The position numbers and the translations under genes were made by a program. Positions 18,437-28,580 of a stretch of 59,758 bases of DNA are shown here, piece by piece. The stretch comes from a virus. Its lineage: Duplodnaviria > Caudoviricetes. Each line of letters opens with the position of its first letter. The stretch's first letter is position 1. Below the pieces are notes generated by a model, which worked only from the letters and a program-made list of their open reading frames with translations, was not told where the DNA came from and made no database searches. The stretch lies in the IMG/VR virus record IMGVR_UViG_3300033550_000005, positions 1 through 59,758 of that record. The stretch is one strand, 5' to 3'.

Positions 18437-20992
18437 ATGACAAACTTCACAAAAGTCTTCGGCGACCAGACAATTCCACCGTCTGGTACGAGCTACTCGG
18501 AGATCACGCTTACAGAGAGCATCACGCTGATCTGGCCATACAACACGGTCGGTGACTACCCGCTGACGAACATCATCGATTTTGACACTGATATTGCGAG
18601 TCTTGTCGTGACGTTGCCAGGCGCAAACGAAGTCTCCGTGGGTGAAGACTTCTTGTTCCGCAATCTCGGTTCAGAGGCGATTGACATCGTTGACGCGATA
18701 GGCGGCGCGGTGAAGACCATCCAGCCAGGTTTTGCGGTGTACATCTACGTTGCTGACAACAGCACTGTTGCCGGGCTTTTCCGCACGATTGACTTTGGTG
18801 TCGGATCCTCATCCGTTGACGCCGCTGCACTCGCTGGGATGGGTCTCGTTGCTATCGGCGGGACGCTGAACACAGAACACGCGGTCTACACAACAGCCAG
18901 TGCTGATACAGTTGTGGAGAGCATGCGCGCCCAGCTGTACAACTACACAGGTGGCGCTGCCACACTTCCACTGAGCCCGGCAAGCACCCTCGGCGACGGG
19001 TTCTTTGTTATGGTGCACAACTCTGGCACAGGTACACTGACAATCAACCCAGATGGTGCGGAGACCATTGACGGCGTCGTCAGTGTACAGCTCCAACCGA
19101 ATGAGGCTGCTTTTGTCGTATGCACAGGGGCCGCGTTTCTGACTGTTGGGCTCGGTCGTTCGCTCTACTACAACTTCACACAGCTTGTCTTCGACGTCTC
19201 GGCAGGTGGTTCATTCACGCTGACGTCTGCACAAGCTTCTAACAAACTTCTGACCTTCGTTGGGAATCCGGCCTCTGCCGTCACGGTGATCGTGCCTAAC
19301 GTCGTGTCTGTGTACTACGTCCTATCGCAGCTCTCAACAGCGCAGTCAGTGACGGTCAAGACCCTAGCCGGGACTGGTGTTGCAGTTCCGCAAGGTGAGC
19401 GTGTGATTGCGATCTGTGACGCAACGAACGTCTACAGTGCTCAGTCGGTCGCCGTGTCTTCGGTTCTGAGCATGCTCGACGGTTCGGCCGCGATGCCGGC
19501 ACTGAATTTTGCGTCGCAGACAAATACAGGCTTGTATAAGTATTCCCCCGACGGGCTTGGTATTGCTGTCGCCGGCTCTTCTGTGCTCGGGCTGCTCACC
19601 ACAGGCGCCGATTGGACTATAGATCAGAACGTCACAAAGGCGACACCGACTGTCACATATGAGGACACAGACACAACGCTAACTGACGGCCAAGAAGTCT
19701 TTGTGATGAATGTCCAACAGTCGGATACGAACAACCCCGGTATCAGTGCGAAGTTCCGTGCGCTTGCCGACGGTACTGCTGGACTACTTCGTCTCGTGTT
19801 TTCTGCTGGGCTTCCCAGTGCACTCGTGAACATGCTCGGTATCAAGAGCACAGGCGTTACAGTTGGCACCACCACACTACCAACCGATTCGACATTCGTC
19901 GTGGATGCAAAGCTGGGTTCGAGCACGATCCCGACTGTCCCCACAGGTGGAGCTGTGGCTGTGCTTGCAAATGCTTCTGCCGCTGGCGACACAGCCAATT
20001 TGAGCGTGATCAGTGGTACGACAGGAAACGCATCTCTTTGGCTTGGTGATACTGCGTCTTCTTCACGTGGCGGCGTACTCTACAACAACTCGAATGACTC
20101 AATCGCACTCTACACTGCTGGAAATTTTCGGCTGAACATAGACAGTAGTGGCCGCGTCAAGACAGCAAGTTCGAGCGTCGTTGGCGCTTCAGGCGGTGCA
20201 TTGACCGTTAGCACAACTACGGTGGCGTCACCTCCGACACCCAATATAGGTGCTGATGACCTGATAATTGAGTCCACCAGCCCAGGTATGACGTTCATGG
20301 GAACGACTTCAGGCTCATCGACTGAGATTGCTTTTACCTACGGTGGGGCTGGTACTGGATCCGTGGCAGCCATAACGTACACAGGTTCTTCTAGCGCGTT
20401 CACCATACAGCCGCTCACCGCCTCAACTGCTGGCGTCGTGGTCATGGACAACCAGTTCACCATAGGTCCTGTCGTTCCCTCTGTTGCCGACGACAGCTTT
20501 CTTGCTGTGAAGGGCCGGATACAGTCCGACGACACCTACACAACGACAACCGCCTCTGCAGCAAATGTGTTTATCTCATCTGCAGCGACGTTTGCGCGTT
20601 CAACGTCCTCAGCAGCATTCAAGACGGATGTGGAAGACATGGAGCTTAGTCGTGCGCGTGCTCTGGTACAAAGCTTCCGCGCCGTTTGGTATCGTTCAAC
20701 TTGCGCTGAAGATCGCGCCGACTGGTCCTGGTATGGTGCCATCGCAGAAGAAGTGGCAGAAATCGACCCACGTTTTGTATCCTATGGATACGCTCCTGAA
20801 GACTACGAAGCCGTTGAGAGAAATGGTAAGATGCTCAAGATGCCGAAGAAGGATGCGGTTATGCGCCCTGATGGGTTGATGTACGAACGTTTTACTGCCC
20901 CGTTGATGATGGTTTGTCAAGACTATGAGAAGCGGGTATCGGTACTAGAGCAGAAGTTGGCAGCGCTTGAGGCACAGATTTCAACACAATAA
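18437..20992 (+). CDS. Tail fibre with C-terminal intramolecular chaperone (peptidase S74-like)
   Basis: DGSAAMPALNFASQTNTGLY fibre motif; SSAAFKTDVEDM, YGAIAEEV, LMYERF and terminal coiled coil. Confidence 0.8.
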   Translation: MTNFTKVFGDQTIPPSGTSYSEITLTESITLIWPYNTVGDYPLTNIIDFDTDIASLVVTLPGANEVSVGEDFLFRNLGSEAIDIVDAIGGAVKTIQPGFAVYIYVADNSTVAGLFRTIDFGVGSSSVDAAALAGMGLVAIGGTLNTEHAVYTTASADTVVESMRAQLYNYTGGAATLPLSPASTLGDGFFVMVHNSGTGTLTINPDGAETIDGVVSVQLQPNEAAFVVCTGAAFLTVGLGRSLYYNFTQLVFDVSAGGSFTLTSAQASNKLLTFVGNPASAVTVIVPNVVSVYYVLSQLSTAQSVTVKTLAGTGVAVPQGERVIAICDATNVYSAQSVAVSSVLSMLDGSAAMPALNFASQTNTGLYKYSPDGLGIAVAGSSVLGLLTTGADWTIDQNVTKATPTVTYEDTDTTLTDGQEVFVMNVQQSDTNNPGISAKFRALADGTAGLLRLVFSAGLPSALVNMLGIKSTGVTVGTTTLPTDSTFVVDAKLGSSTIPTVPTGGAVAVLANASAAGDTANLSVISGTTGNASLWLGDTASSSRGGVLYNNSNDSIALYTAGNFRLNIDSSGRVKTASSSVVGASGGALTVSTTTVASPPTPNIGADDLIIESTSPGMTFMGTTSGSSTEIAFTYGGAGTGSVAAITYTGSSSAFTIQPLTASTAGVVVMDNQFTIGPVVPSVADDSFLAVKGRIQSDDTYTTTTASAANVFISSAATFARSTSSAAFKTDVEDMELSRARALVQSFRAVWYRSTCAEDRADWSWYGAIAEEVAEIDPRFVSYGYAPEDYEAVERNGKMLKMPKKDAVMRPDGLMYERFTAPLMMVCQDYEKRVSVLEQKLAALEAQISTQ

Positions 20993-21007
20993 GAGGGGTG
21001 AAAAAAG

Positions 21008-21373
21008 ATGGGGGCGAACATAGCGGAGTGGCTTGGATACCTGGTCGCTGGTGGCGCTGCCGCCTACAGCGTTTGGAAGAAGTTTATTCGCTCTGACAAA
21101 GAGGCTGATGCACGATCTGAGCTGGCCACTCGAACTGATGAAGTACAGCTCACGGTGATCGAGATGATGCGCGGTGAGCTAGAGCGTATGAACAACGTGA
21201 ACGAGGAACTTGCAAAAAAGGTCAATGCATTTCAGCTGGAGAACATCACCCTGCGGGCTGAAATAGCTCATCTGACCCGTCAGATTGTAGAGTTTAAAGA
21301 GCAGAACCAAGAACTGAGGGTTGAGGTTGAAAAACTTAACAACAGTTTAGAAAACTTGAAAGGCAGACTGTAA
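21008..21373 (+). CDS. Putative holin-like protein (N-terminal TM plus coiled coil)
   Basis: Hydrophobic N-terminus, directly upstream of the endolysin. Confidence 0.5.
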   Translation: MGANIAEWLGYLVAGGAAAYSVWKKFIRSDKEADARSELATRTDEVQLTVIEMMRGELERMNNVNEELAKKVNAFQLENITLRAEIAHLTRQIVEFKEQNQELRVEVEKLNNSLENLKGRL

Positions 21374-21792
21374 TGGAGCGCAACTGGGTTTTGCAGCGTG
21401 ACACGTTTGGAGAGGATTTCACGCTTGGTATCTTGTTTGACGAAAACGGTAAGCGCCTGGCTGATGTCTGCGAAGACCTCGACCGTAAACTTGAGTCTGG
21501 CGGTGTTAAGGTCAAAGGAAAGACTGCGATACCTAGGGGACGCTATAAACTTGAGATGCAGTACTCCAGCCGCTTTAAACGTGAGCTGCCAGAATTTTTA
21601 GATGTACCAGGTTTTTCAGAGGTAAAGTTTCATGGGGGCAATACCAGTGAAGACACAGAAGGGTGCCCGCTTGTAGGGGCGAAGAGAAAACCCAATGGGG
21701 TGTCTAACTGCGCCGGTGTTCTCAACCAGATCATAGCTTTGTGTTTGGCTGCTGAGAGTATCGGTGATGTCATCTTTGTAGAGGTGAGTTGA
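21373..21792 (+). CDS. Putative endolysin (DUF5675-like)
   Basis: KTAIPRGRY, VPGFSEVKFHGGNTSEDTEGCPLVG (H..C pair); lysis-cassette position. Confidence 0.75.
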   Translation: MERNWVLQRDTFGEDFTLGILFDENGKRLADVCEDLDRKLESGGVKVKGKTAIPRGRYKLEMQYSSRFKRELPEFLDVPGFSEVKFHGGNTSEDTEGCPLVGAKRKPNGVSNCAGVLNQIIALCLAAESIGDVIFVEVS

Positions 21793-22289
21793 TCATGCTT
21801 GGAAGCCAATTATCCATACATACTGTCGTAGGTGCTGGTGCAATTCTTGCCGTTATTACGTTACTTGGAGCAACATACTACGGTGGTCGTAACACCATGC
21901 GTAAAGAGCTTGAGAACACACAACTGAAGGAGGCATATAATGCCGTTCGAGAATCTGCGAGGAAGACTGACGAACTACAGCGGCGACAAGATGAGCGTGA
22001 AAAAGAGTCTCAGAAAAAGATCGCTGCTATTGAGTCTGAGCGCATTGCTGCTGTCAAGCGCCTGCGCCAACTTACAGAAGCCAGACCTGTCCGTGTGCCC
22101 TCGGCCTCCAGAAGTGACTGCCCCCCAGCCACTGGAGCGGACTTATCTAGAGAGGACACAAGAGTTCTTACAGAATTTTTTACAGGGGAAGCTGCCCTCG
22201 CAGACTCCAGAGAAGTGAAATTCAGAGAATCGTTAGATGCGCAAGAAGACTATCGTAATTCGCTAGGAGTGTCTCGTGGCACTCAATGA
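21789..22289 (+). CDS. Rz-like inner-membrane spanin
   Basis: N-terminal TM, periplasmic coiled coil, follows the endolysin. Confidence 0.7.
   Translation: MIMLGSQLSIHTVVGAGAILAVITLLGATYYGGRNTMRKELENTQLKEAYNAVRESARKTDELQRRQDEREKESQKKIAAIESERIAAVKRLRQLTEARPVRVPSASRSDCPPATGADLSREDTRVLTEFFTGEAALADSREVKFRESLDAQEDYRNSLGVSRGTQ
21991..22218 (+). CDS. Rz1-like outer-membrane spanin, embedded in the +1 frame
   Basis: MSVKKSLRKRSLLLSLSALLLSSAC lipoprotein-type signal, Pro-rich mature part, fully nested in the Rz-like gene. Confidence 0.7.
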   Translation: MSVKKSLRKRSLLLSLSALLLSSACANLQKPDLSVCPRPPEVTAPQPLERTYLERTQEFLQNFLQGKLPSQTPEK

Positions 22290-22659
22290 ACAAGACCAAG
22301 CTGAGCTTGTGAATGGTGGTGATACACGCCTCCACTACCACAACTCAGACAGGGTTCCAACACATGACACGTTGGAGGGTCTTGCTGCTGTTGAAAATAT
22401 TCGTTCTGTTGATGCTAGCTACGTGTCGAACTATCAGGATGACTTTATCCTTGTTGACTCTACAGCCGGCGCTGTTACAATAGACATACCGAAACCATTA
22501 ACCAATCGTGTCACTGTGTTGCGTGTGGCTGGTGCAAATAATGTGACGGTACAAAGCGTTGGATATACAGTAAACGGCGCAGCGTCTGCCATAATATCGT
22601 CCAACTATACGCCTTTGCGACTCAAGGCCTTGAAAGACATCGGATACTTCAACTGCTGA
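22276..22659 (+). CDS. Hypothetical tail-associated protein
   Basis: AGGAG RBS and GTG start; ILVDSTAGAVTI fibre-like motif. Confidence 0.55.
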   Translation: MALNEQDQAELVNGGDTRLHYHNSDRVPTHDTLEGLAAVENIRSVDASYVSNYQDDFILVDSTAGAVTIDIPKPLTNRVTVLRVAGANNVTVQSVGYTVNGAASAIISSNYTPLRLKALKDIGYFNC

Positions 22660-22660
22660 T

Positions 22661-24400
22661 ATGGGCGATATTACCAAAACTTCACAGCTACCTATCCTTC
22701 CTGGTGTAAAACGTGACGGGACGGATCTCGACAGCCAACACTACTCCGATGCACAGTGGGTGCGTTTTCAACGCGGTCGTCCGCGCAAGATGGGTGGGTA
22801 TCGTCAGATCACAAACCAACTCGCTGGCCCAATTCGCAATGTACTTGTGTGGTCACGCTCATCACTGAACGCGCTGTACATGTTTTCAGTGTTTGGCATT
22901 GAGATGTTATTGGTAGATCAGAATGGCCTTGGTGCGTCCACCACTAATCGCACGCCTGTGGGCTTTACACCGAACGACGACTACGTGTGGTCATCCGCAA
23001 CGCAATACGATGACGCTGTTGGCTCACAGGGGACGGTTGTGCTCGCCCACGCTGCGACGTCACTTACCAACATCGATGACGCCACTGGCTTTCAGCCATA
23101 TCTCGGCCTAGCCAATGGTACGGGCGTATTCACCGTGATCACGGATGCGCCGTCAGTGTCCGGTGGTATATTCTCCATCCCACCCTACACTGTGTGCCAT
23201 GGTTCTGACGGACAGGTCGAGTGGTCAGATGCGAACCAGCCTCAGGTTTGGCGGACATCGGCAGGAAATATCGGTGATGCTGGTGCTGACCGAGTCACCG
23301 GGGCTAAGATCGTAAAGGGTATGCAACTGCGGTCAGGTAGCGGCCCGGCAGCGCTGCTCTGGTCTTTGGATTCGGTGATCCGTATGGATTGGGTCGGCGG
23401 TAGCGCTATCTTCAGGTTCACACACATATCATCACAGTCATCTATCCTATCTCAGAGCAGCGTTATCGAGTACGACGGTGTGTACTACTGGGCTGGTATC
23501 GACCGTTTCATGACTTGTGACGGTAACAGAACTGCTGAGCTTCCCAACAATATGAATCTGAACTGGTTCTACGACAACTTGAACTACGCCGCAAGGCAGA
23601 AAGTTTGGGTTACGAAAAACTCCAAGTTCGGTGAGATCATCTGGCATTTCCCGTTTGGGGATGCAGAAGAATGTTCCCATTGTGTGATTTACAACGTCCG
23701 TGAACAGGTTTGGTACGACAACCAGATAACCCGAGGCGCAGGGTATTTCCCGCAGGTTTTCAGGTATCCTGTGCTTACGGATTCACTGCCAAACGCTCTT
23801 GTCATCTTGACTCTATCAGCTATCGCTGGTACAATCTCTGTTGGTGATAGCGTGACTGGTGTCTCATCAGGCGTAAGTGGTTTGGTTGAGCAGATTAGTG
23901 GTTCCAACTATTACGTGTCTGGTATGGTTGAAGACTTTATCGTAGGCGAAGGGCTCGTCGACAACACAAGTGGCGCAACGGCTACGATCTCAGACACGTT
24001 TAACACTTACAGTGCATACGCGCATGAGGTTGGTACTGACCGCGTCATATTGGATAACCAGACTGCAATTGAGAGCTATGTGCAGACAAGCAATTTTGGC
24101 TATGCGACTGGTGGCGTGCAGAGTCAAGTTGAAGGTGAAGATGTTTGGACACGGATCGTACGCATAGAGCCTGACTTCGTACAATCTGGTGAGATGACCG
24201 TTGAAGTCATAGGGCAGCGTTTTGCAAATTCAGAAGTAACTGTTGGTGATGTGTTGGTATTTGATGACACGACGGAATATGTCGACATGCAGACTCAAGA
24301 GCGCATTATCAGTTTGAAGTTTTCCTCTAACGTCGCCGGTGGTGATTTTCAGATGGGTCGGGTGTTGGTCCACATAGGTCCCGGAGATAACAGGAACTAA
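22661..24400 (+). CDS. Putative tail nozzle/DNA stabilisation protein
   Basis: PGVKRDGT..WVRFQRGRPRKMGG start; beta-propeller-like Trp/Asp pattern; position before ejection genes. Confidence 0.65.
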   Translation: MGDITKTSQLPILPGVKRDGTDLDSQHYSDAQWVRFQRGRPRKMGGYRQITNQLAGPIRNVLVWSRSSLNALYMFSVFGIEMLLVDQNGLGASTTNRTPVGFTPNDDYVWSSATQYDDAVGSQGTVVLAHAATSLTNIDDATGFQPYLGLANGTGVFTVITDAPSVSGGIFSIPPYTVCHGSDGQVEWSDANQPQVWRTSAGNIGDAGADRVTGAKIVKGMQLRSGSGPAALLWSLDSVIRMDWVGGSAIFRFTHISSQSSILSQSSVIEYDGVYYWAGIDRFMTCDGNRTAELPNNMNLNWFYDNLNYAARQKVWVTKNSKFGEIIWHFPFGDAEECSHCVIYNVREQVWYDNQITRGAGYFPQVFRYPVLTDSLPNALVILTLSAIAGTISVGDSVTGVSSGVSGLVEQISGSNYYVSGMVEDFIVGEGLVDNTSGATATISDTFNTYSAYAHEVGTDRVILDNQTAIESYVQTSNFGYATGGVQSQVEGEDVWTRIVRIEPDFVQSGEMTVEVIGQRFANSEVTVGDVLVFDDTTEYVDMQTQERIISLKFSSNVAGGDFQMGRVLVHIGPGDNRN

Positions 24401-24404
24401 TACT

Positions 24405-25460
24405 ATGTCTAGTGAAGATACTTTTGCACAGAAGCAAAGACGCGCCGCTGAGAAGTTGCGTCAGCAAGAAGAGAAACGGAAACAGGGTAACATCTTCGAC
24501 GCGTCAACGATGCAGTGGTTCGACCCCGTCTCTGGCCGCCCTGTCAGCAAAGCAAAGTGGCGTGATCTCGCTGGCACAAAGAACGAAGATCTTTTGTACG
24601 GTGCGTGGTACTCTACACCGCTTTCTGTGCGCCGCGCCAGTGGAGAGCGTGGTGGCCAGAAAGGTGATCTGGTCGGCGGACTTCAGCAGAACGTCGGTGC
24701 GTCGTACATGCATGGCATACGCGGTGACGCAACCAAGCAGAACGTGTCGTACACACGCAAGCTGCTCTCGCAAATGTATCCCGATGCTAATGATGACCAG
24801 CTAGACCTGGCGGCAGCAAAGGCGTTCAGAGACCGTCTGTCGGATCGCGGAACAGGTTGGATTGAAACATCGGATCCCAACGACATCGCTGCCTCTATTG
24901 GCCGCTATATGCCTGGAGGTCTTGGGGAGCACCAACAGAGAATCGTTGACGCCTACGACCCTTACTTCAGTGATCGCCGTAAGAACATCAAGAAGCAGCG
25001 GAATGCTGCCGATGATGCGAGCGGCAACGGTTTCGGCAGCTTTGCAGGTATTTTGGCGGGAGGACTCGGTACGTTGGTTGGCGGTCCGATCTTAGGTGGT
25101 GCTCTCGGTACTCTTGTCAGCACAGGCGACGTCAAGAAAGCTGCGTTGGGTGGTTTGGGCGGTTATCTGGGTGGACAGTTCGGTGGGATGATAAGCGACA
25201 AGATACCGAGTCTGCCCAGTTTTGCCGCAAATAAGTTGGGCGATATTGGAGCTGACTTCTTGACTGACGCTGTAGCTGGAAAGCCTGATCGACCAGACAT
25301 GCCGCGTCGCGCAAGCAGTTTCCAACCACAGTTTGCGTCTCAACTTGGTGGTCTAGCACAGTACATGCAGCCGCCTAATGAACAGCCAACGGGGTATAAT
25401 GTTGGATATATGGGTAACCCATATGGAAATCCCTTTGGTGGAGGGTATTATAATGTTTGA
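24405..25460 (+). CDS. Putative internal virion/ejection protein
   Basis: Gly-rich hydrophobic GxxxG segment; position. Confidence 0.5.
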   Translation: MSSEDTFAQKQRRAAEKLRQQEEKRKQGNIFDASTMQWFDPVSGRPVSKAKWRDLAGTKNEDLLYGAWYSTPLSVRRASGERGGQKGDLVGGLQQNVGASYMHGIRGDATKQNVSYTRKLLSQMYPDANDDQLDLAAAKAFRDRLSDRGTGWIETSDPNDIAASIGRYMPGGLGEHQQRIVDAYDPYFSDRRKNIKKQRNAADDASGNGFGSFAGILAGGLGTLVGGPILGGALGTLVSTGDVKKAALGGLGGYLGGQFGGMISDKIPSLPSFAANKLGDIGADFLTDAVAGKPDRPDMPRRASSFQPQFASQLGGLAQYMQPPNEQPTGYNVGYMGNPYGNPFGGGYYNV

Positions 25461-26178
25461 TGACTTTGACTTCACTGACATGTTTGATCTGGGTTCTACT
25501 GGCTCATTCAATGATTTTGGATCGAGTATGTACGACCTGGGTTCTACAGGATCATATTTGGACGTTGGTGATACATCGTCATGGTATCCCTCCGAAAGTT
25601 TCGACCTATCGAAGCTACTAGAAAAAGACGGATCTCTTGACAAACTGCTCGGGTCGAATGCTTTCAAGGTGGGCGTCTCTGGCGTCGGTGGTCTTCTCTC
25701 CTATCTGGATGCCAAGAAGAGCAAGGACGCATACGCGAAGTACAGCGACGCTCAGAAAAAGATGATGGTAGCCGATGCCGCGCGAAGAGCGATGTATGAC
25801 ACACCGGCTAACTTCAAGAATTTGCGTGAACAAGTCAAGAAGCCAGCTGTCGGAAGCGGCAGCGCCGAAGCGTTGTTCTTCAAGAACAATTCGCTGGGTT
25901 CATCAGGTATGAAGAAGATGGCTGACGGCGGCCTGGCTCGGTACTTCGGTGGATCAACAGGTGGACAGGATGATTTGATTGACGCACGCCTCTCTGATGG
26001 TGAATACGTTTTCGACGCTGATATAGTTGCTGCACTAGGTGATGGAAATAATGCTGCCGGTGCTGCAATACTGGACGAGATGCGCGAGAATATCCGTAAG
26101 CACAAGCGTTCGGCAAAACCTAACAAAATTCCGCCGAAGGCTAAACGCCCAGAGCAGTACATGAAGAGAGGAAAGTGA
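25453..26178 (+). CDS. Putative internal virion protein
   Basis: Likely start at 25453; MADGG motif; GQDDLIDARLSDGEYVFDADIVAALGDGNN motif. Confidence 0.6.
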   Translation: MFDDFDFTDMFDLGSTGSFNDFGSSMYDLGSTGSYLDVGDTSSWYPSESFDLSKLLEKDGSLDKLLGSNAFKVGVSGVGGLLSYLDAKKSKDAYAKYSDAQKKMMVADAARRAMYDTPANFKNLREQVKKPAVGSGSAEALFFKNNSLGSSGMKKMADGGLARYFGGSTGGQDDLIDARLSDGEYVFDADIVAALGDGNNAAGAAILDEMRENIRKHKRSAKPNKIPPKAKRPEQYMKRGK

Positions 26179-26179
26179 C

Positions 26180-27022
26180 ATGGCAACCACTCCGACAATG
26201 AACTACCAGTCCTCCACTTCGACTATTCCAGGTTGGCTTGAGAGCGCCACCCGCAATCTGGTCGGGCAGGGACAAACTGCCGCCAACACTGCATATCAGC
26301 CGTACGCGCCTCCGAAGAACGTAGGAACTTATGGCGTTGGTAGTCGTATCGCCGGCTTCAACCCGACGCAACAGTCGGCATTCCAACAGATACAAGCCAA
26401 CCAAGGAACTTGGAAGCCGTTTACGGACGAGGCTCAGCAGAACGTGCACCAAGTCGTCGGCGACTACATGAACCCGTATACACAACAGGTTGTCGATAAC
26501 GTGGCGACGTTGGGCCAGCGAAACCTGACGGAGAATTTGTTGCCTCAGGTGAATTCGACATTCACAGGAGCCGGTCAGTTCGGCTCCTCGCGTAATGCCG
26601 ACTTCACAAACAGAGCCCTCCGTGATACGAACGAGTCGGTGATGCGTCAACAAGGCGAGCTGATGCGGTCTGGTTACGGTGACGCGTCTCAACTGGCTCT
26701 TCAAGACCTTCAACGTATCGGTGGTCTTGGCCAGGTTGTTTCACAGCTCGGTTATACAGACGCGATGATGCAATCCGGTGTCGGCCAACAGCAGCAGGAT
26801 CAGACTCAGAAGTCGCTTGATATGGCCTACGGTGACTTCACAGGTCAACGTGATTACCAGCAAAATCAACTCAACTGGCTCTCATCCTTGCTCCGCGGTA
26901 TGCCTGCTCCAACCAGTACATCGACGACACAATCGACCAACCCATACGCTGGCACAGGCGGTATCAGCCCGCTCATGAGTGCATGGCAGGGAGCATCGGG
27001 CGCTTACTCCGCTCTCAGTTAA
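26180..27022 (+). CDS. Putative DNA ejection/pilot protein
   Basis: Gln-rich; YMNPYTQQVV, GQFGSSR, GQQQQ..Q..LD.AY.DF motifs. Confidence 0.6.
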   Translation: MATTPTMNYQSSTSTIPGWLESATRNLVGQGQTAANTAYQPYAPPKNVGTYGVGSRIAGFNPTQQSAFQQIQANQGTWKPFTDEAQQNVHQVVGDYMNPYTQQVVDNVATLGQRNLTENLLPQVNSTFTGAGQFGSSRNADFTNRALRDTNESVMRQQGELMRSGYGDASQLALQDLQRIGGLGQVVSQLGYTDAMMQSGVGQQQQDQTQKSLDMAYGDFTGQRDYQQNQLNWLSSLLRGMPAPTSTSTTQSTNPYAGTGGISPLMSAWQGASGAYSALS

Positions 27023-27032
27023 GGAGAATCAA

Positions 27033-28580
27033 ATGGCAGGTCCAATTGATCCGGTCGGTAACCCGATGGGTGCGCTTCAACAACTGGCGCAGGAGCGGGC
27101 GCAGCAGCAAGGTGCTTACCGCACACAACAGCAGGGCGCTTACGCAGACCAGATGCAGCAGCTCCGTGCTGCTATAGAGCAGGAAAATGCTCGTGACAAC
27201 GACTATGCTTGGGGTGACGCAGCGCTGGGTGCAGCTTCGGTAGAACCGCGCGTTGGTAACTTCGGCCAGATGCTTGCCAATACCGGTGCAGCCGTTTCGC
27301 GCGGGCGCCAGGGTCGCGCGCAACAGAACATCAAGAATCTTGGGGATGTGGCCCGGATGCAGAGCGCTGACCTGCGCGCGCTTGAGTCGAACGACATTCT
27401 AATGCGTTCACTGGGCGGTCGTGGTGGTGCTATCGGCTTTGAGTTCCGCCGCAATGCAGATGGCACCACAACCGTGTTCAGCAGAGGTTCAGGCGCACCT
27501 GTAGCGACGTACGGTCCGAAGTCGATGACTGATCTCAACAGGATGACTGAGACACTCGCCAAGAAGTACATCGAGGCAGGTGATTACAAGACGATGGAAG
27601 AGGCTACTGCTGCAGCCCAGGCCGAAGCACTACGAATCCTTGCTCAGAATGCAGAGTCAGTGGGTAGTCCTAATATTCCTCCGACAGGCACCGCAGCTAT
27701 GTCAGGTGGAATTCCTCCTGCTGCGCCGCAGGGCGGCATCTCTTCCGTGGAAACTCCAGTTGGTCAGGCCGGCCCGCGTCCGTCGTTGCGCATGCAAGGT
27801 CCTGATGGTAAGACTTCGTCCACAGAGGGCGTAGACCTACCGCCTGAGGTTCAAGATGAGGTCGCTCGGCTGATCCGTCGCTTAGAGGCTAACCCAGGCA
27901 ACCCGGATCTGCACACGAACACTGTGAACAGGTTGAATCAGATCGCTCAAGAGTACGGTGCCCCGTTCGGCCTGCAGAAGAAGGACGAAGTTAAGCGCGA
28001 GTTCCAAAAGGAAGGCGCCAAGACTACCGGGAAGGCCTTGGCTGAAGAGGCGATCGATCTTCAAGGCGCGGCCGCAGCGTCGTCACAGCTTGTCAGTCAG
28101 TTGGATCTCCTCAAGCGCCTGTATCAGACGCCGAACATGCCTGAGGGCGAGCAAGCTGAGAAGATTCAAGGTATCCGCTCTTCTCTCAAGTCCCTCGGTA
28201 TCGACACAGGCGACGCGACGGACGCTGCCAACCTAGCCGGCTCGATCGCTGGCAAGATGGCGTTGCTGACCCGCACGGCCGACGGTAAAAACCTTTTGCC
28301 GGGTGCGATGTCTGACTACGAAAACAAGATCCTACGCGGTCTTGTTCCAGGTCTTCAAGCTACGGCCGAGGGCCGCGCCGCGCTGATTGACCTCATGTCG
28401 GCCATGGCGAACAGTCGCATCCGTTTCGCCAAGGAGATCAACAACTACATGGACCCGCAGACTGGTGTAGTATCCCCAGAGTGGAATGCTCGCAAGCAAC
28501 GACTCATGAAAGAAGAGATGGCCAAGATGGCTACGTTGAACAAACAAGTGGCTGGTCGCTTTAACATCGGAGCACAATAA
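27033..28580 (+). CDS. Putative internal virion/ejection protein
   Basis: AAGGAG RBS before ATG 27033; helical Ala/Gln-rich; PGAMSDYE motif. Confidence 0.55.
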   Translation: MAGPIDPVGNPMGALQQLAQERAQQQGAYRTQQQGAYADQMQQLRAAIEQENARDNDYAWGDAALGAASVEPRVGNFGQMLANTGAAVSRGRQGRAQQNIKNLGDVARMQSADLRALESNDILMRSLGGRGGAIGFEFRRNADGTTTVFSRGSGAPVATYGPKSMTDLNRMTETLAKKYIEAGDYKTMEEATAAAQAEALRILAQNAESVGSPNIPPTGTAAMSGGIPPAAPQGGISSVETPVGQAGPRPSLRMQGPDGKTSSTEGVDLPPEVQDEVARLIRRLEANPGNPDLHTNTVNRLNQIAQEYGAPFGLQKKDEVKREFQKEGAKTTGKALAEEAIDLQGAAAASSQLVSQLDLLKRLYQTPNMPEGEQAEKIQGIRSSLKSLGIDTGDATDAANLAGSIAGKMALLTRTADGKNLLPGAMSDYENKILRGLVPGLQATAEGRAALIDLMSAMANSRIRFAKEINNYMDPQTGVVSPEWNARKQRLMKEEMAKMATLNKQVAGRFNIGAQ

